Notes: a model not told the origin generated them from the sequence alone. A stretch of DNA of 32,000 nucleotides from Paracoccus suum (GCF_003324675.1 NZ_CP030918.1:180001-212000); one strand, 5' to 3'; counted from the stretch's first letter, positions 8,860-18,085 are shown. Numbers and translations: made by a program.

Positions 8860-9824
8860 ACGCGGATTTGCTGCAGGTCGAGGGTCTGACCAAGCACTTC
8901 CCCATCCGCGGGGGCGTGCTGAACAGGGTCGTGAACCATGTGAAGGCGGTGCAGGAGATCAGCTTCAACATCCGCCGCGGCGAAGTCGTCGGGCTGGTCG
9001 GCGAGAGCGGATCCGGCAAGACCACCGTCGGCCGGCTGCTGTTGCGCCTGGAAAATGCGACGGCCGGCAAGGTGTCGTTCGATGGCACCGACGTCACGGC
9101 CCTGCCCAAGGACCGGTTGCGCCGGTTCCGAAAGCGGATGCAGATCGTCTTTCAGGACCCTTATGCCAGCCTGAACCCGCGCGAGCGGATTGGCACCGTT
9201 CTGCAGCATGCCCTGTCGCTTCATGGTATCGGCACGGCCGCCGACCGGCCTGATCGCGCGGCGGCGCTGCTGGAGCGGGTTGGCCTGCCGGCCGACTACC
9301 TCGACCGCTTTCCGCACGAATTCAGCGGCGGTCAGCGCCAGAGGATTGGCATCGCCCGGGCCCTCGCTGTCGAGCCCGAATTCATCGTTGCCGATGAGCC
9401 GGTCAGCGCGCTGGACGTGTCGATCCAGGCGCAGGTCATCAACCTGCTGGACGATCTGCGGCGCGATTTCGGCCTGACGATGCTGTTCATCGCCCATGAC
9501 CTCGCGGTGGTCGAACATATCTGCGACCGAGTGATCGTCATGTACCTCGGCCGGATCATGGAGATCGCCTCGGCCGAGGATCTGTATGCCCGACCCAATC
9601 ACCCCTACACCAAGGCGCTGCTATCCGCCGTGCCCCTGCCAAAGCCGGGGGCCAAACGTCAGCGCGTGATCCTGCAAGGGGACATTCCCAGCCCGATCAA
9701 CCCGCCATCAGGTTGCGTGTTCCGCACGCGATGCCCGCTGGCGAGCGAGGCCTGTGCCCAGCTAATTCCCCCGCTGGTCCCGGTCGGCAAGGACCACTTC
9801 AGCGCGTGCATCAAGACGACATAG
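8856..9824 (+). CDS. ABC transporter ATP-binding protein, oligopeptide/dipeptide type (DppF/OppF-like)
   Basis: ATG 8856 overlaps the preceding stop (ATGA 8856-8859); the track ORF start at 8811 is upstream shadow sequence. Walker [10 protein letters not shown], signature [15 protein letters not shown], Walker [13 protein letters not shown]-terminal CVFRTRCP. Confidence 0.9.
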   Translation: MNADLLQVEGLTKHFPIRGGVLNRVVNHVKAVQEISFNIRRGEVVGLVGESGSGKTTVGRLLLRLENATAGKVSFDGTDVTALPKDRLRRFRKRMQIVFQDPYASLNPRERIGTVLQHALSLHGIGTAADRPDRAAALLERVGLPADYLDRFPHEFSGGQRQRIGIARALAVEPEFIVADEPVSALDVSIQAQVINLLDDLRRDFGLTMLFIAHDLAVVEHICDRVIVMYLGRIMEIASAEDLYARPNHPYTKALLSAVPLPKPGAKRQRVILQGDIPSPINPPSGCVFRTRCPLASEACAQLIPPLVPVGKDHFSACIKTT

Positions 9825-9906
9825 GCGGTTCTGACCTGGGGCCCGGCGTTCTTGGGCGGGCTGGGCACGACGCCACGTCTGCGCCGACCTTAAAGTAGGC
9901 CGCTGC

Positions 9907-12900
9907 TCACGGGCGCACTGGCGCCTCTGCCACTGCCGCTGGCGTATCTTCAGACTGGTCCCCGCGTCCCAGCAGCCGGCGCATCAGCACGTAGAACAGC
10001 GGCGCGAACAGCACGCCCAGCGCCGTGGCGGCCAAGGTGCCGCCGAGGACCGTTGCGCCGATGGCGTTGCGGCCGCTGGCGCCCGCGCCTGACGACAGGG
10101 CCAGTGGCAGCACGCCCAGCGAGAACGCGATCGAGGTCATGATGATGGGCCGAAAGCGCTGCCGGGCGGCCTCGGTCACAGCGCGGTAGAGGGGAACGCC
10201 CGCCTGCGACTGCTCGCGCGCAAACTCCACGATCAGGATCGCGTTCTTGCCGGTCAGACCGATGACGGTCAGCAGGCCGACCTGAAAGAACACGCCGTTG
10301 TCGAACTTCCCGACCCATGCCCCCAGGAGGGCGCCCAGCACGCCGATCGGCATGACAAGGATGACCGCCATCGGGATGGACCAGCTTTCGTAAAGCGCAG
10401 CGAGGCACAGGAATACGGCGGCCAGCGACAGCGCATAGAGCAGCGTGGTCTGACTTCCGGACTCTCGTTCCTCGAGCGACAGGCCGGTCCAGGCCACGTT
10501 GAACCCGGTCGGCAGTTGCGTGGCGAGGTGTTCGATTTCCTCCATTGCCGCGCCGGTGCTGACACCGGGCATCGGGCTGCCCTGCATCTGCATGGCGGGC
10601 ACGCCGTTGTAGCGGGTCAGACCCTGCGGGCCGAACGTCCATTCGCCCGTCGCGAAGTTCGAGAACGGGACCAGCCCGCCGCTCGAGTTGCGCACCCGCC
10701 ACTTGTCGATGTCCGTGGGAACGGCGCGGCTGTCGGCCTCGCCCTGGACATAGACCTTCTTGATCCGGCCGCGGTCGATGAAGTCATTCACGTAGGAGCC
10801 GGTCCAGGCGACCTGCAGCAGGTTGGCGACCTCATTGGCCGAGACGCCCATCGCGCCGGCGCGTTGCCAGTCGATGTTCAGCCGGTACTGGGCCGCATCC
10901 TCCAGCCCCGAGGGGCGGGTCTGGGTGATGACCTTGCTTTGCGAGGCCATGCCTAGCATCTGGTTGCGCGCCTCGAGCAACTGCTCGTGGCTCTGCCCGC
11001 CGCGGGCCTGCAGGTAGAAGTCAAAGCCCGAGACGTTGCCAAGCTCGATCACCGACGGCGGCACGATCGGAAACACCATCGCATCACGAATCTGGCTAAG
11101 CGCGCCATAGGCCCGTCCGGCAATCGCGTTGACCGATTGCGAGGGATCGAGGCGCTCGTTCCAGTCCTTCAGCCGCACGAAGGCCATGCCGACGTTCTGC
11201 CCTTGGCCCGCAAAGCTGAACCCGGCAACCCCGAACATGGAGTCGACCGAGGCGCCCTCCTGGTTGATGAAATATTGCTCGACCTGGTCCAGCACCGCCT
11301 GCGTGCGCTCGGTCGTGGCGCCGGTCGGGCCTTGGATCAGCACGAACATGATGCCTTGGTCCTCGTCCGGCAGGAAACCGTCGGGGGTGCGCAGGAAAAG
11401 GAACACCATCGCCGCACCCAGCGACGCATAGACCAGCAGCACCCGCAGCGGTCGGCGCACGATCCAGCCGACCGCGCCGGTATAGCCATTGCTTGTCCGG
11501 TCGAAGCCGCGGTTGAAAAGGCCAAATAGGCCGCGCGTCTTGTGGCCGTGGGTGTTTCGCAGCAGCGAGGCACAGAGCGCCGGTGTCAGTGTCAGCGCGA
11601 CGACCACCGAAAGGCCCATGGCCGAGACGATGGTGATGGCGAACTGCTGATAGATGACACCGGTCGAGCCGCCAAAGAAAGCCATCGGCACGAAGACGGC
11701 AGACAGCACGAGGGCGATGCCGATCAGCGCCCCCGTGATCTGGTCCATGGACTTGCGCGTGGCATCGCGTGGGGACAGGCCCTCCTCCTCCATGATCCGC
11801 TCGACGTTCTCGACCACGACGATGGCGTCGTCGACCAGCAGGCCAATCGCCAGCACCATGGCCAGCATGGTCAGCGTGTTGATGGTAAACCCGAAAGCCG
11901 CCATGATTCCGAAGGTACCGAGCAAAACGATCGGCACCGCCAGAGTCGGGATCAGCGTCGCGCGCCAGTTCTGCAGAAAGACGAACATCACCACAAAGAC
12001 CAAGGCAACCGCCTCGACCAGCGTCTTGACCACCTCCTCGATAGAGATCTGCACGAATGGCGAAGTGTCGAAGGGGATCACGTATTCCACGCCCGCGGGG
12101 AAGAACTGCGAGAGTTCGGCCATCCGCTCCTTGACGCGCTTGGCCGTGTCCAGCGCGTTTGCCCCTGGCGCGAGGCTCAGCGCCATGCCGGTGGCGGGGC
12201 GGCCGTTGTAGGTCGCCTCGGCGCTGTAGGTTTCCGAGCCGATCTCGACCCGCGCGACGTCTTGCAACAGCACGAGGCCGCCGTTTTCCTCGGCGCGCAG
12301 GACGATTTTGCGGAATTCCTCTGGGGTGGACAGCAGGGTCTGCGCGGTGACCGTGGCGTTCAACTGCTGGCCCGCGACGGTCGGCAGGCCCCCGAACTCG
12401 CCGGCCGAGATCTGCGTGTTCTGGGCCGAGACTGCGGCGACCACGTCGGCCGGCGTCATCTCGTAGCCGGCCAGTCGCGACGGATCGAGCCAGATGCGCA
12501 TGGCGTATTGCGCGCCGAACACTTGCACGCTGCCGATGCCCTCGACCCGCGACAGATCCTCGACGAGGTTCGTGACCATGTAGTCGGACAGGTCGGTGCC
12601 GTCGTAATTCTCGTCACCGATCAGGCCGATGACCATCAAAAAGCCCGAGGCGGCCTTTTCCACGGTCAGCCCCTGGCGCTGCACCGGACCGGGCAAAAGC
12701 GCCGTCGCCTGCGACAGCTTGTTCTGGACCTGCACCTGCGCGATGTCGACGTCGGTCCCTGTTTCGAAGGTCAGCGTGGTGGAGGACGTGCCGGCCGAGG
12801 TCGAACTGGACGACATGTAGCGCAGCCCGTCGAGGCCGGTCATCTGCTGCTCGATAACCTGCGTGACGGTGTTCGACACAGTATCCGCCGAGGCGCCCGG

Positions 12901-13047
12901 ATAGACGGCGCGGATCGACACCGAAGGCGGCGCGATCTGCGGATATTGGGCGACCGGCAGCGTCAGGATCGACAGGATGCCGATGCCCATGATGATGATC
13001 GAGATGACCCAAGCGAAAACCGGTCGATCAATGAAAAATCGGGCCAT
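9907..13047 (-). CDS. RND multidrug efflux pump, inner-membrane permease (HAE1, AcrB/MexB-like)
   Basis: 1046 aa. Canonical N-terminus MARFFIDRPVFAWVISIIIMG, two large periplasmic loops and repeated hydrophobic TM bundles. Lies directly downstream of an adaptor gene. Confidence 0.95.
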   Translation of the reverse strand: MARFFIDRPVFAWVISIIIMGIGILSILTLPVAQYPQIAPPSVSIRAVYPGASADTVSNTVTQVIEQQMTGLDGLRYMSSSSTSAGTSSTTLTFETGTDVDIAQVQVQNKLSQATALLPGPVQRQGLTVEKAASGFLMVIGLIGDENYDGTDLSDYMVTNLVEDLSRVEGIGSVQVFGAQYAMRIWLDPSRLAGYEMTPADVVAAVSAQNTQISAGEFGGLPTVAGQQLNATVTAQTLLSTPEEFRKIVLRAEENGGLVLLQDVARVEIGSETYSAEATYNGRPATGMALSLAPGANALDTAKRVKERMAELSQFFPAGVEYVIPFDTSPFVQISIEEVVKTLVEAVALVFVVMFVFLQNWRATLIPTLAVPIVLLGTFGIMAAFGFTINTLTMLAMVLAIGLLVDDAIVVVENVERIMEEEGLSPRDATRKSMDQITGALIGIALVLSAVFVPMAFFGGSTGVIYQQFAITIVSAMGLSVVVALTLTPALCASLLRNTHGHKTRGLFGLFNRGFDRTSNGYTGAVGWIVRRPLRVLLVYASLGAAMVFLFLRTPDGFLPDEDQGIMFVLIQGPTGATTERTQAVLDQVEQYFINQEGASVDSMFGVAGFSFAGQGQNVGMAFVRLKDWNERLDPSQSVNAIAGRAYGALSQIRDAMVFPIVPPSVIELGNVSGFDFYLQARGGQSHEQLLEARNQMLGMASQSKVITQTRPSGLEDAAQYRLNIDWQRAGAMGVSANEVANLLQVAWTGSYVNDFIDRGRIKKVYVQGEADSRAVPTDIDKWRVRNSSGGLVPFSNFATGEWTFGPQGLTRYNGVPAMQMQGSPMPGVSTGAAMEEIEHLATQLPTGFNVAWTGLSLEERESGSQTTLLYALSLAAVFLCLAALYESWSIPMAVILVMPIGVLGALLGAWVGKFDNGVFFQVGLLTVIGLTGKNAILIVEFAREQSQAGVPLYRAVTEAARQRFRPIIMTSIAFSLGVLPLALSSGAGASGRNAIGATVLGGTLAATALGVLFAPLFYVLMRRLLGRGDQSEDTPAAVAEAPVRP

Positions 13048-13080
13048 GACTGTGCTTTCGCTGGCGTTCCGGGGTACGGC

Positions 13081-14682
13081 CTAGTTGCCGCCGGCCTGGC
13101 TTTCGGTTGGGGTCGCTGGGGGCCCTGCATCCGGCGCGGGTTTCGCATCGGGGGCAGCGGCATCCGCCGCGGGGGTATCTGCGGGCGCGGCGTTTGGCTC
13201 TGCGCCCGGTGCCGCCGTCGTTGCCGGCTTCTCTGCGGGAGAGTCGGTTTCCGGGGCGGCTGTATCTGTCGGCGCCGAGGTGTCTGTATTGGCCGGCTCC
13301 GCGGCAGGTGCAGTTGTTGTCTCGGGCTTTGCTTGGTCAGCAGCGGCCTTGCCTGTGGGACCCGCAACCCCCGTGCTCGGCTCGGCCGCTGCGCCAGTCG
13401 CACCCTCCCTGCGGGCTGGTGTATCCGCGCCAGCGTTGGCCGGCTCGGCGCCGGTTGCTGCATCGCCCGTCGCGGCCGATCCGGCGGCGGCGCCGCCCCC
13501 AGCCCCCGCACCCGGTTGGCCCGGTGCGCCGCCCTCCGGCGGCGCGGCGCCGCGTTCCTCCGGGCTCACCACGATGCCAGGCTGGATGGACTGGAAGCCC
13601 GCGACCACCAGCCGGTCACCGACGGCGAGGCCCTCGCGCACCACCCAGCTATTCCCGCGGTCCTGAACGATATCGAGTTGGCGTTCCTCGACCTTGTTGT
13701 CGGCCCCGATCACATAGGCAATCGGGCGGCCGCGGCGGTCGCGCGTCACGCCCTCCTGCGGGGCGAGGACGACACCCGAAAGCTTTGCCTGCGGAATCTC
13801 GGCCAGCACATACATGCCCGGCAGTAACAGACGGTCCGGGTTCTCGAACTCCATCCGCAGGGTCACGACGCCGGTGGTCTCGTCGACATGCGGCTCGGCC
13901 CCCGTCAGCGAGCCGGTGTGGTCGTAGACCGTGCCATCGGCCAGATGCAGCCGGACCGTCTGGTCGGCGCCGGCCGGCAGCGAGGCGGCACCGCCCTGAC
14001 GCTGCCACCGGACGATCTCGGCCGCGGATTGGGTCACATCAACCTGGATCGGATCGATCCGGCGGATCACGGCCAGCGGGCTGGTCTGGCTGGCCGTGAC
14101 CAGTTGCCCCTGCGAGGCGAGCGCGAGGCCGATCACCCCGTCCAGCGGCGCGGTGATGGTCGTCCGCTCGAGGTCCAGCCGCGCGCCGTCCAGCCCTGCG
14201 CGGGCGGCATCGACCGCAGCCTCGGCGGCATCGCGGGTCGCGATCGCGGTGTCCTGGGTCTGCTCGCTGGCGACTCGGCGGTCCCGCAGGGTGCCGACCC
14301 GCTCGGCATCGCGGCGCGCCGCGTCGGCGGTGGCGGTGGCTTGCGACAGCACCGCCTCGGCCTGCGCGACGGCGGCCTGGTAGCTGCGCGGATCGATGCG
14401 GTAGAGGGGTTGGTCCTTCTTGACCGCGCGGCCCTCGTCGAACAACCGCTCGGTAATGATGCCGCTGACCTGCGGGCGCAGCTCGGCCTCGGCCGAGGGC
14501 AGGGCCCGGCCGGGCAGCATCGCGGTCAGCGTCACATCCTCGGGCTGCACGGTGACCACCGTGACCGGGGGCGGCGGCGGCGCGCCGGGAGGCCCCCCCT
14601 CCTGCGCGAAGACGGACAGCGGTGCCACGGTAAGCCCACCCGCCATCAGGCCGGCATGCAGAATCGAGCGGAAGCATTTCAT
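13081..14682 (-). CDS. RND efflux periplasmic adaptor (membrane fusion protein, AcrA/MexA-like) with a long low-complexity C-terminal tail
   Basis: ATG at 14682 gives the signal-like N-terminus MKCFRSILHAGLMAGGLTVAPLSVFA. The track start at 14730 is a TTG 16 codons upstream. Typical adaptor blocks: coiled-coil region AVAQAEAVLSQA..., LERTTITAPLDGVIG, and a beta-barrel region. The canonical adaptor part ends near ...GIVVSPEE and is followed by roughly 155 aa of A/P/G/T/D/E. Confidence 0.9.
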   Translation of the reverse strand: MKCFRSILHAGLMAGGLTVAPLSVFAQEGGPPGAPPPPPVTVVTVQPEDVTLTAMLPGRALPSAEAELRPQVSGIITERLFDEGRAVKKDQPLYRIDPRSYQAAVAQAEAVLSQATATADAARRDAERVGTLRDRRVASEQTQDTAIATRDAAEAAVDAARAGLDGARLDLERTTITAPLDGVIGLALASQGQLVTASQTSPLAVIRRIDPIQVDVTQSAAEIVRWQRQGGAASLPAGADQTVRLHLADGTVYDHTGSLTGAEPHVDETTGVVTLRMEFENPDRLLLPGMYVLAEIPQAKLSGVVLAPQEGVTRDRRGRPIAYVIGADNKVEERQLDIVQDRGNSWVVREGLAVGDRLVVAGFQSIQPGIVVSPEERGAAPPEGGAPGQPGAGAGGGAAAGSAATGDAATGAEPANAGADTPARREGATGAAAEPSTGVAGPTGKAAADQAKPETTTAPAAEPANTDTSAPTDTAAPETDSPAEKPATTAAPGAEPNAAPADTPAADAAAPDAKPAPDAGPPATPTESQAGGN

Positions 14683-14752
14683 CTTTGATGGTCCGGCACG
14701 GATGGATGGATGGGACCGCGACGGTCGCAAAGGACAAGTCGGCGCAGCCTTT

Positions 14753-14764
14753 CTGGTTAACCAG
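14753..14764. promoter_or_regulatory. Perfect 12-bp palindrome CTGGTTAACCAG in the RND operon upstream region; candidate repressor operator
   Basis: Read directly from the sequence. It overlaps a candidate - strand promoter: -35 TTGAAG (complement of 14786-14791), 17-nt spacer, -10 TAGTCT (complement of 14763-14768). About 70 nt upstream of the adaptor ATG. Confidence 0.3.
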
Positions 14765-15006
14765 ACTATGCGTCGATCACGATTGCTTCAAGACGGGAAC
14801 CCTAGGGAACTTTTCTGGCGAGCGAGAAAAATCCATCAATGGACGAGACTTATCGCCGGCGGCGTCAATAGTCCCGGAGGCCCAAGCCGAGGATAGCTAT
14901 CAATTCCTCACGCCGCGGTGAGACGTGCCGGTCAAGGTAGCAGCCTCGAGACTAAACCTTGGTGCAAAGGCTCGCGTCGCGCAGGCCGCCTGAGCTGCCC
15001 TTGCCA

Positions 15007-16188
15007 TCACTGAATATCCGCAAAGGCCCGCTGCAAGCGCTCGGCCGCCTCGGCCACCTGCGCACGCGGCATGGCGAGGTTGAAGCGCATCCGGTTCTCG
15101 CCGCCGGGCCCGAAAGTCTCGCCATGGTTGGCGGCAATCAGGGCGCTCCCCTCGATCCTCTGATGCAGCTTGTCGCTGGTCATACCCAACGCACCAAAGT
15201 CTACCCAAGCCAGATAGGTCGCCTCCAGGTCCATCGCCTGCACCCCAGGGATCGCGTTCATCGCCGCGTTGAACAGCCGCGCATTGCCGTCGATGTATGC
15301 CGTTAGCTGATCGACCCAGGCCGCGCCTTCGGGCGAGTAGGCGGCCGTTACCATTGGCAGGCCGAACAGGCCCGGCGAGATGCCCAGCGCTTGCACCCGC
15401 GCCTGGTACCGCGCGCGCAGGGCCGGATCGGTGACGATCACATTGCCCAGATGCGCGCCAGCGATGTTGAAGGTCTTGGTCGCCGCTGTCATCGTGACCA
15501 GCCGGTCGGCGATGTCGGGCGCGACGGTCGCCGTGACGTGGTGGGCGGGTCCGCCGGGCAACACGAGGTCGTGGTGAATCTCGTCGCTGACGAGGATTAG
15601 ATCATGGCTGCGACAGAAATCGGCAATTTGACGCAGTTCAGCCTTGGACCAGACGCGGCCGCCGGGGTTGTGCGGCGAGCACAGGATGAACATCCGCTCG
15701 CGCCCCGTCAGCATCCCCTCCCACGCCGGCCAGTCGAGCTCGTACCGGCCATCGCGCAGCGCCATGGGCAGGCCCACGACCTCGCGACCGGCGGCGCGGA
15801 TCACGCGGGCGAAGTTGTGATAGACCGGTGTCATCAGAATGATGCCGTCGCCCGGCTGGGTCAGCGCCTCGATAGCCATGGCCGTGCCATTGACCAAGCC
15901 GTTCACCGTCATGATGTCCGCGTCGGTGATCTGCCAGCCGTGGCGGTTCGCCATCCACCAGCGGATCGCGGCGAGATAAGGGGCGTTGTTGCCCGGATAG
16001 CCATAGATGCCATGCGCGACAGTGGTTTCCAGTGCGGCGCGCACGCAGGGCGGCGCGCGAAAATCCATGTCGGCAACCCACATACCCAGCGCCGCGGGAT
16101 CGGTCACGCCGTAAAACGGCTGCAGATCATCCCACTTGCGGCACAGAGTGCCGCGGCGCTCGATGGTTTCGTCAAAACTCGGGGTCAT
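15007..16188 (-). CDS. MalY/PatB-family PLP-dependent C-S beta-lyase (cystathionine beta-lyase-like aminotransferase fold)
   Basis: 393 aa. N-terminal RRGTLCRKWD block, WVADMDF, CSPHNPGGRVW, LVSDEIHHDLV and AATKTFNIAG (PLP lysine) are typical of the MalY/PatB subgroup. Last gene of the - strand operon, 18 nt after the permease stop. Confidence 0.85.
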   Translation of the reverse strand: MTPSFDETIERRGTLCRKWDDLQPFYGVTDPAALGMWVADMDFRAPPCVRAALETTVAHGIYGYPGNNAPYLAAIRWWMANRHGWQITDADIMTVNGLVNGTAMAIEALTQPGDGIILMTPVYHNFARVIRAAGREVVGLPMALRDGRYELDWPAWEGMLTGRERMFILCSPHNPGGRVWSKAELRQIADFCRSHDLILVSDEIHHDLVLPGGPAHHVTATVAPDIADRLVTMTAATKTFNIAGAHLGNVIVTDPALRARYQARVQALGISPGLFGLPMVTAAYSPEGAAWVDQLTAYIDGNARLFNAAMNAIPGVQAMDLEATYLAWVDFGALGMTSDKLHQRIEGSALIAANHGETFGPGGENRMRFNLAMPRAQVAEAAERLQRAFADIQ

Positions 16189-16206
16189 GTTCGTCGCTTC
16201 CAGGCG

Positions 16207-17097
16207 TCAGTTGCGGTTCAGCTTGGGGTCCAGCGCGTCGCGCAGCCCGTCGCCCAGCAGGTTGAAGGCAAGCACGGTCAGGAAGATCGCGAGGCCCGGG
16301 AACAGCGTCAGGTGATCGGCGACGCCCATGTATGTCCGCCCGTCCGCCAGCATCGCGCCCCATTCGGGGCTGGGCGGCTGCGCGCCGAGGCCGATGAAGG
16401 ACAGCGCCGCCGCCGTCAGGATCGAAGTTCCGATCCGCAGCGAGAAATAGACAATGATGTTCGGCAGCGTGCCCGGCAGGATATGGCGCAGAATGGTCGC
16501 TCGGTCGGACACGCCGATGGCGCGGGCCGCATCGACATAGACCGCGCGCTTCAGCTGCAGCGTGGTGCCGCGCGCGAGGCGCGCAAAGACCGGGATCGAG
16601 AACACCGCGACCGCCCAGATGACGTTGGTCACGCCCGGCCCGAGGATCGCGATGACCGCGATAGCCAGCAGGATGCCGGGAAAGGCCAGCAACAGATCGC
16701 AAAACCGCATGATGAAGCCATCGATGATGCCGCCGTAATAACCAGCGATCATGCCGATTGTGACGCCGACCAGGGCGCCGATGCTGACCGACAGCAGGCC
16801 GACCGTCAGCGAGATGCGCGCGCCCCAGATGATCCGGCTGAAGATGTCCCGGCCATAGGCGTCGGTGCCGGCCCAGTGGCCTTGGGTCGGTCCCTGCAGA
16901 ACGGCGTTATAGTCGGCCGCGGTCGGATCATAGGGCGCAATCCAGGGCGCGCAGATCGCCGCGAGCACGAGCAGCACCAGGAAACCCAGCGCGCCGAGCG
17001 CCAGCTTTTGCCGCCGGAAGCGGCGCCAGAACTCGGTGGTCGGGCGGCTGACCCCGCGCGCGGTGGGTGCAGTGTCGATCGGGGATGCAATGCTCAT
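16207..17097 (-). CDS. ABC transporter permease, peptide/nickel type (DppC/OppC/GsiD-like)
   Basis: 296 aa, multiple TM segments, N-terminal motif ...[13 protein letters not shown]-type 4-nt overlap with the upstream permease (17094-17097). Confidence 0.9.
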   Translation of the reverse strand: MSIASPIDTAPTARGVSRPTTEFWRRFRRQKLALGALGFLVLLVLAAICAPWIAPYDPTAADYNAVLQGPTQGHWAGTDAYGRDIFSRIIWGARISLTVGLLSVSIGALVGVTIGMIAGYYGGIIDGFIMRFCDLLLAFPGILLAIAVIAILGPGVTNVIWAVAVFSIPVFARLARGTTLQLKRAVYVDAARAIGVSDRATILRHILPGTLPNIIVYFSLRIGTSILTAAALSFIGLGAQPPSPEWGAMLADGRTYMGVADHLTLFPGLAIFLTVLAFNLLGDGLRDALDPKLNRN

Positions 17098-18014
17098 GAG
17101 TATCGGATCTCCGGATTGGCCACGACATAGAGGACGTCGACAATGAGGTTGATCAGGATGAACTGGATCGAAAACAGCAAGATCAGCGCCTGGATCACGG
17201 GGTAGTCGCGGTAGGAAACGGAATCGACCAGCAGCCGGCCGAGGCCCGGCCAGGAAAAGACGCTCTCGACCACGATCGAGCCGCCGAGAAGAAAGCCGAA
17301 CTGCAAGCCGACCATCGTGGTGATGGGGATGAGCGCGTTACGCAGGGCATGGCGCCAGATGACCTGACGCTCTGGTACGCCCTTGGCGCGGGCGGTGCGC
17401 ACATAATCCTCGCGCGCGACCTCGACGAACGAGCTGCGGGTAAAGCGCGCCATGACGGCGGCGACGCCCACGCCCAGCGTGATCGAGGGCATGATGAAAT
17501 GCTGCCAGGTGCCGTAACCACCGGTCGGCAGCCATCCGAGGCGGACGGACAGCAGGTTAATCAGCAAAAGGCCCAGCCAGAACGGCGGGAAGGAAATGCC
17601 GGACACCGCGACCAGCATCCCCAGGTGGTCCTGCCAGCGGCCACGCCTGACCGCGGACATCACCCCAATCAGAAGGCCGATCAGGGTCGACCAGCTCATC
17701 GCCGTCACCGTCAGCCAGACCGTGGGCATGAGGCGCTCGCCAATCTCGGTCGCGACGGGCCGGCGGGTCTTCAGGGAGGTTCCCAGATCCCCATGGGCGA
17801 GCCGGCTGACGTAGCTGACGAATTGCTCGGGCAGCGGCTTGTCGAGGCCCAGGGCCTGGCGCACCGCCTGCACATCCTCGACCGCGGCGGTCGGTCCGGC
17901 GACCAGGCGCGCGGGATCGCCCGGCAGCATGTGCACGAATGCAAATGTGCACATCATCACCAGAACGAGAACCGTCCCGGTCGATACGAGTCGTTTGGCC
18001 AGATAACCCAGCAT
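17094..18014 (-). CDS. ABC transporter permease, peptide/nickel type (DppB/OppB/GsiC-like)
   Basis: 306 aa. N-terminus MLGYLAKRL...HMLPGDP and the block YVRTARAKG are typical of the DppB family. Confidence 0.9.
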   Translation of the reverse strand: MLGYLAKRLVSTGTVLVLVMMCTFAFVHMLPGDPARLVAGPTAAVEDVQAVRQALGLDKPLPEQFVSYVSRLAHGDLGTSLKTRRPVATEIGERLMPTVWLTVTAMSWSTLIGLLIGVMSAVRRGRWQDHLGMLVAVSGISFPPFWLGLLLINLLSVRLGWLPTGGYGTWQHFIMPSITLGVGVAAVMARFTRSSFVEVAREDYVRTARAKGVPERQVIWRHALRNALIPITTMVGLQFGFLLGGSIVVESVFSWPGLGRLLVDSVSYRDYPVIQALILLFSIQFILINLIVDVLYVVANPEIRYS

Positions 18015-18057
18015 GCACCCATCCTGATTTCAGCGGTGGAGATCGCCCCGATAGCGT

Positions 18058-18085
18058 GCCCGCCCCCCCGTCGCGGGGGGCGGGC
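18058..18085 (-). other. Intercistronic GC-only stem-loop (11-bp stem, 6-nt loop) between the binding-protein and permease genes
   Basis: GCCCGCCCCCC (18058-18068) pairs perfectly with GGGGGGCGGGC (18075-18085); the loop is 18069-18074. No U-tract follows on the - strand, so it looks more like an mRNA-stability or attenuation element than an intrinsic terminator. Confidence 0.45.

Noticed and set aside
9825-9906. A bidirectional terminator between the convergent ABC ATPase and RND pump genes.
   Set aside because: The only structure is a 5-bp stem (GCCCG/CGGGC) with an 11-nt loop and no T-tract. This is not convincing.
11542-13827. Very long antisense ORFs. These include the 761-aa + strand ORF opposite the RND genes, 22230..24557 (775 aa), 15604..17130 (508 aa), 19581..21407 (608 aa), 25809..27491 (560 aa), and the - strand ORFs 4986..6422, 7276..8322, 8610..9602 and 3817..4791.
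   Set aside because: All of them lie opposite genes with clear family motifs. They are extremely Arg/Gly/Pro/Ala/Asp-rich, with no recognisable domains. They are the expected stop-poor shadow frames of high-GC3 coding sequence.
13085-14099. + strand ORFs (193 aa and 330 aa) mirroring the low-complexity tail of the adaptor gene.
   Set aside because: They are Ala/Gly/Pro/Arg-rich frames generated by the same GC-rich repetitive coding sequence. They have no start context and overlap a gene with clear family identity.
14698-14712. A (GGAT)3 tetranucleotide run as a phase-variation microsatellite.
   Set aside because: There are only three units, and it lies in the untranslated leader if the ATG at 14682 is the true start. 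That is too short to be a credible slippage tract.
14685-14921. A 78-aa + strand ORF in the intergenic region upstream of the RND adaptor gene.
   Set aside because: It has no SD and atypical low-GC3 codons for this genome, and it begins inside the adaptor leader. The region is better explained as promoter/operator DNA.
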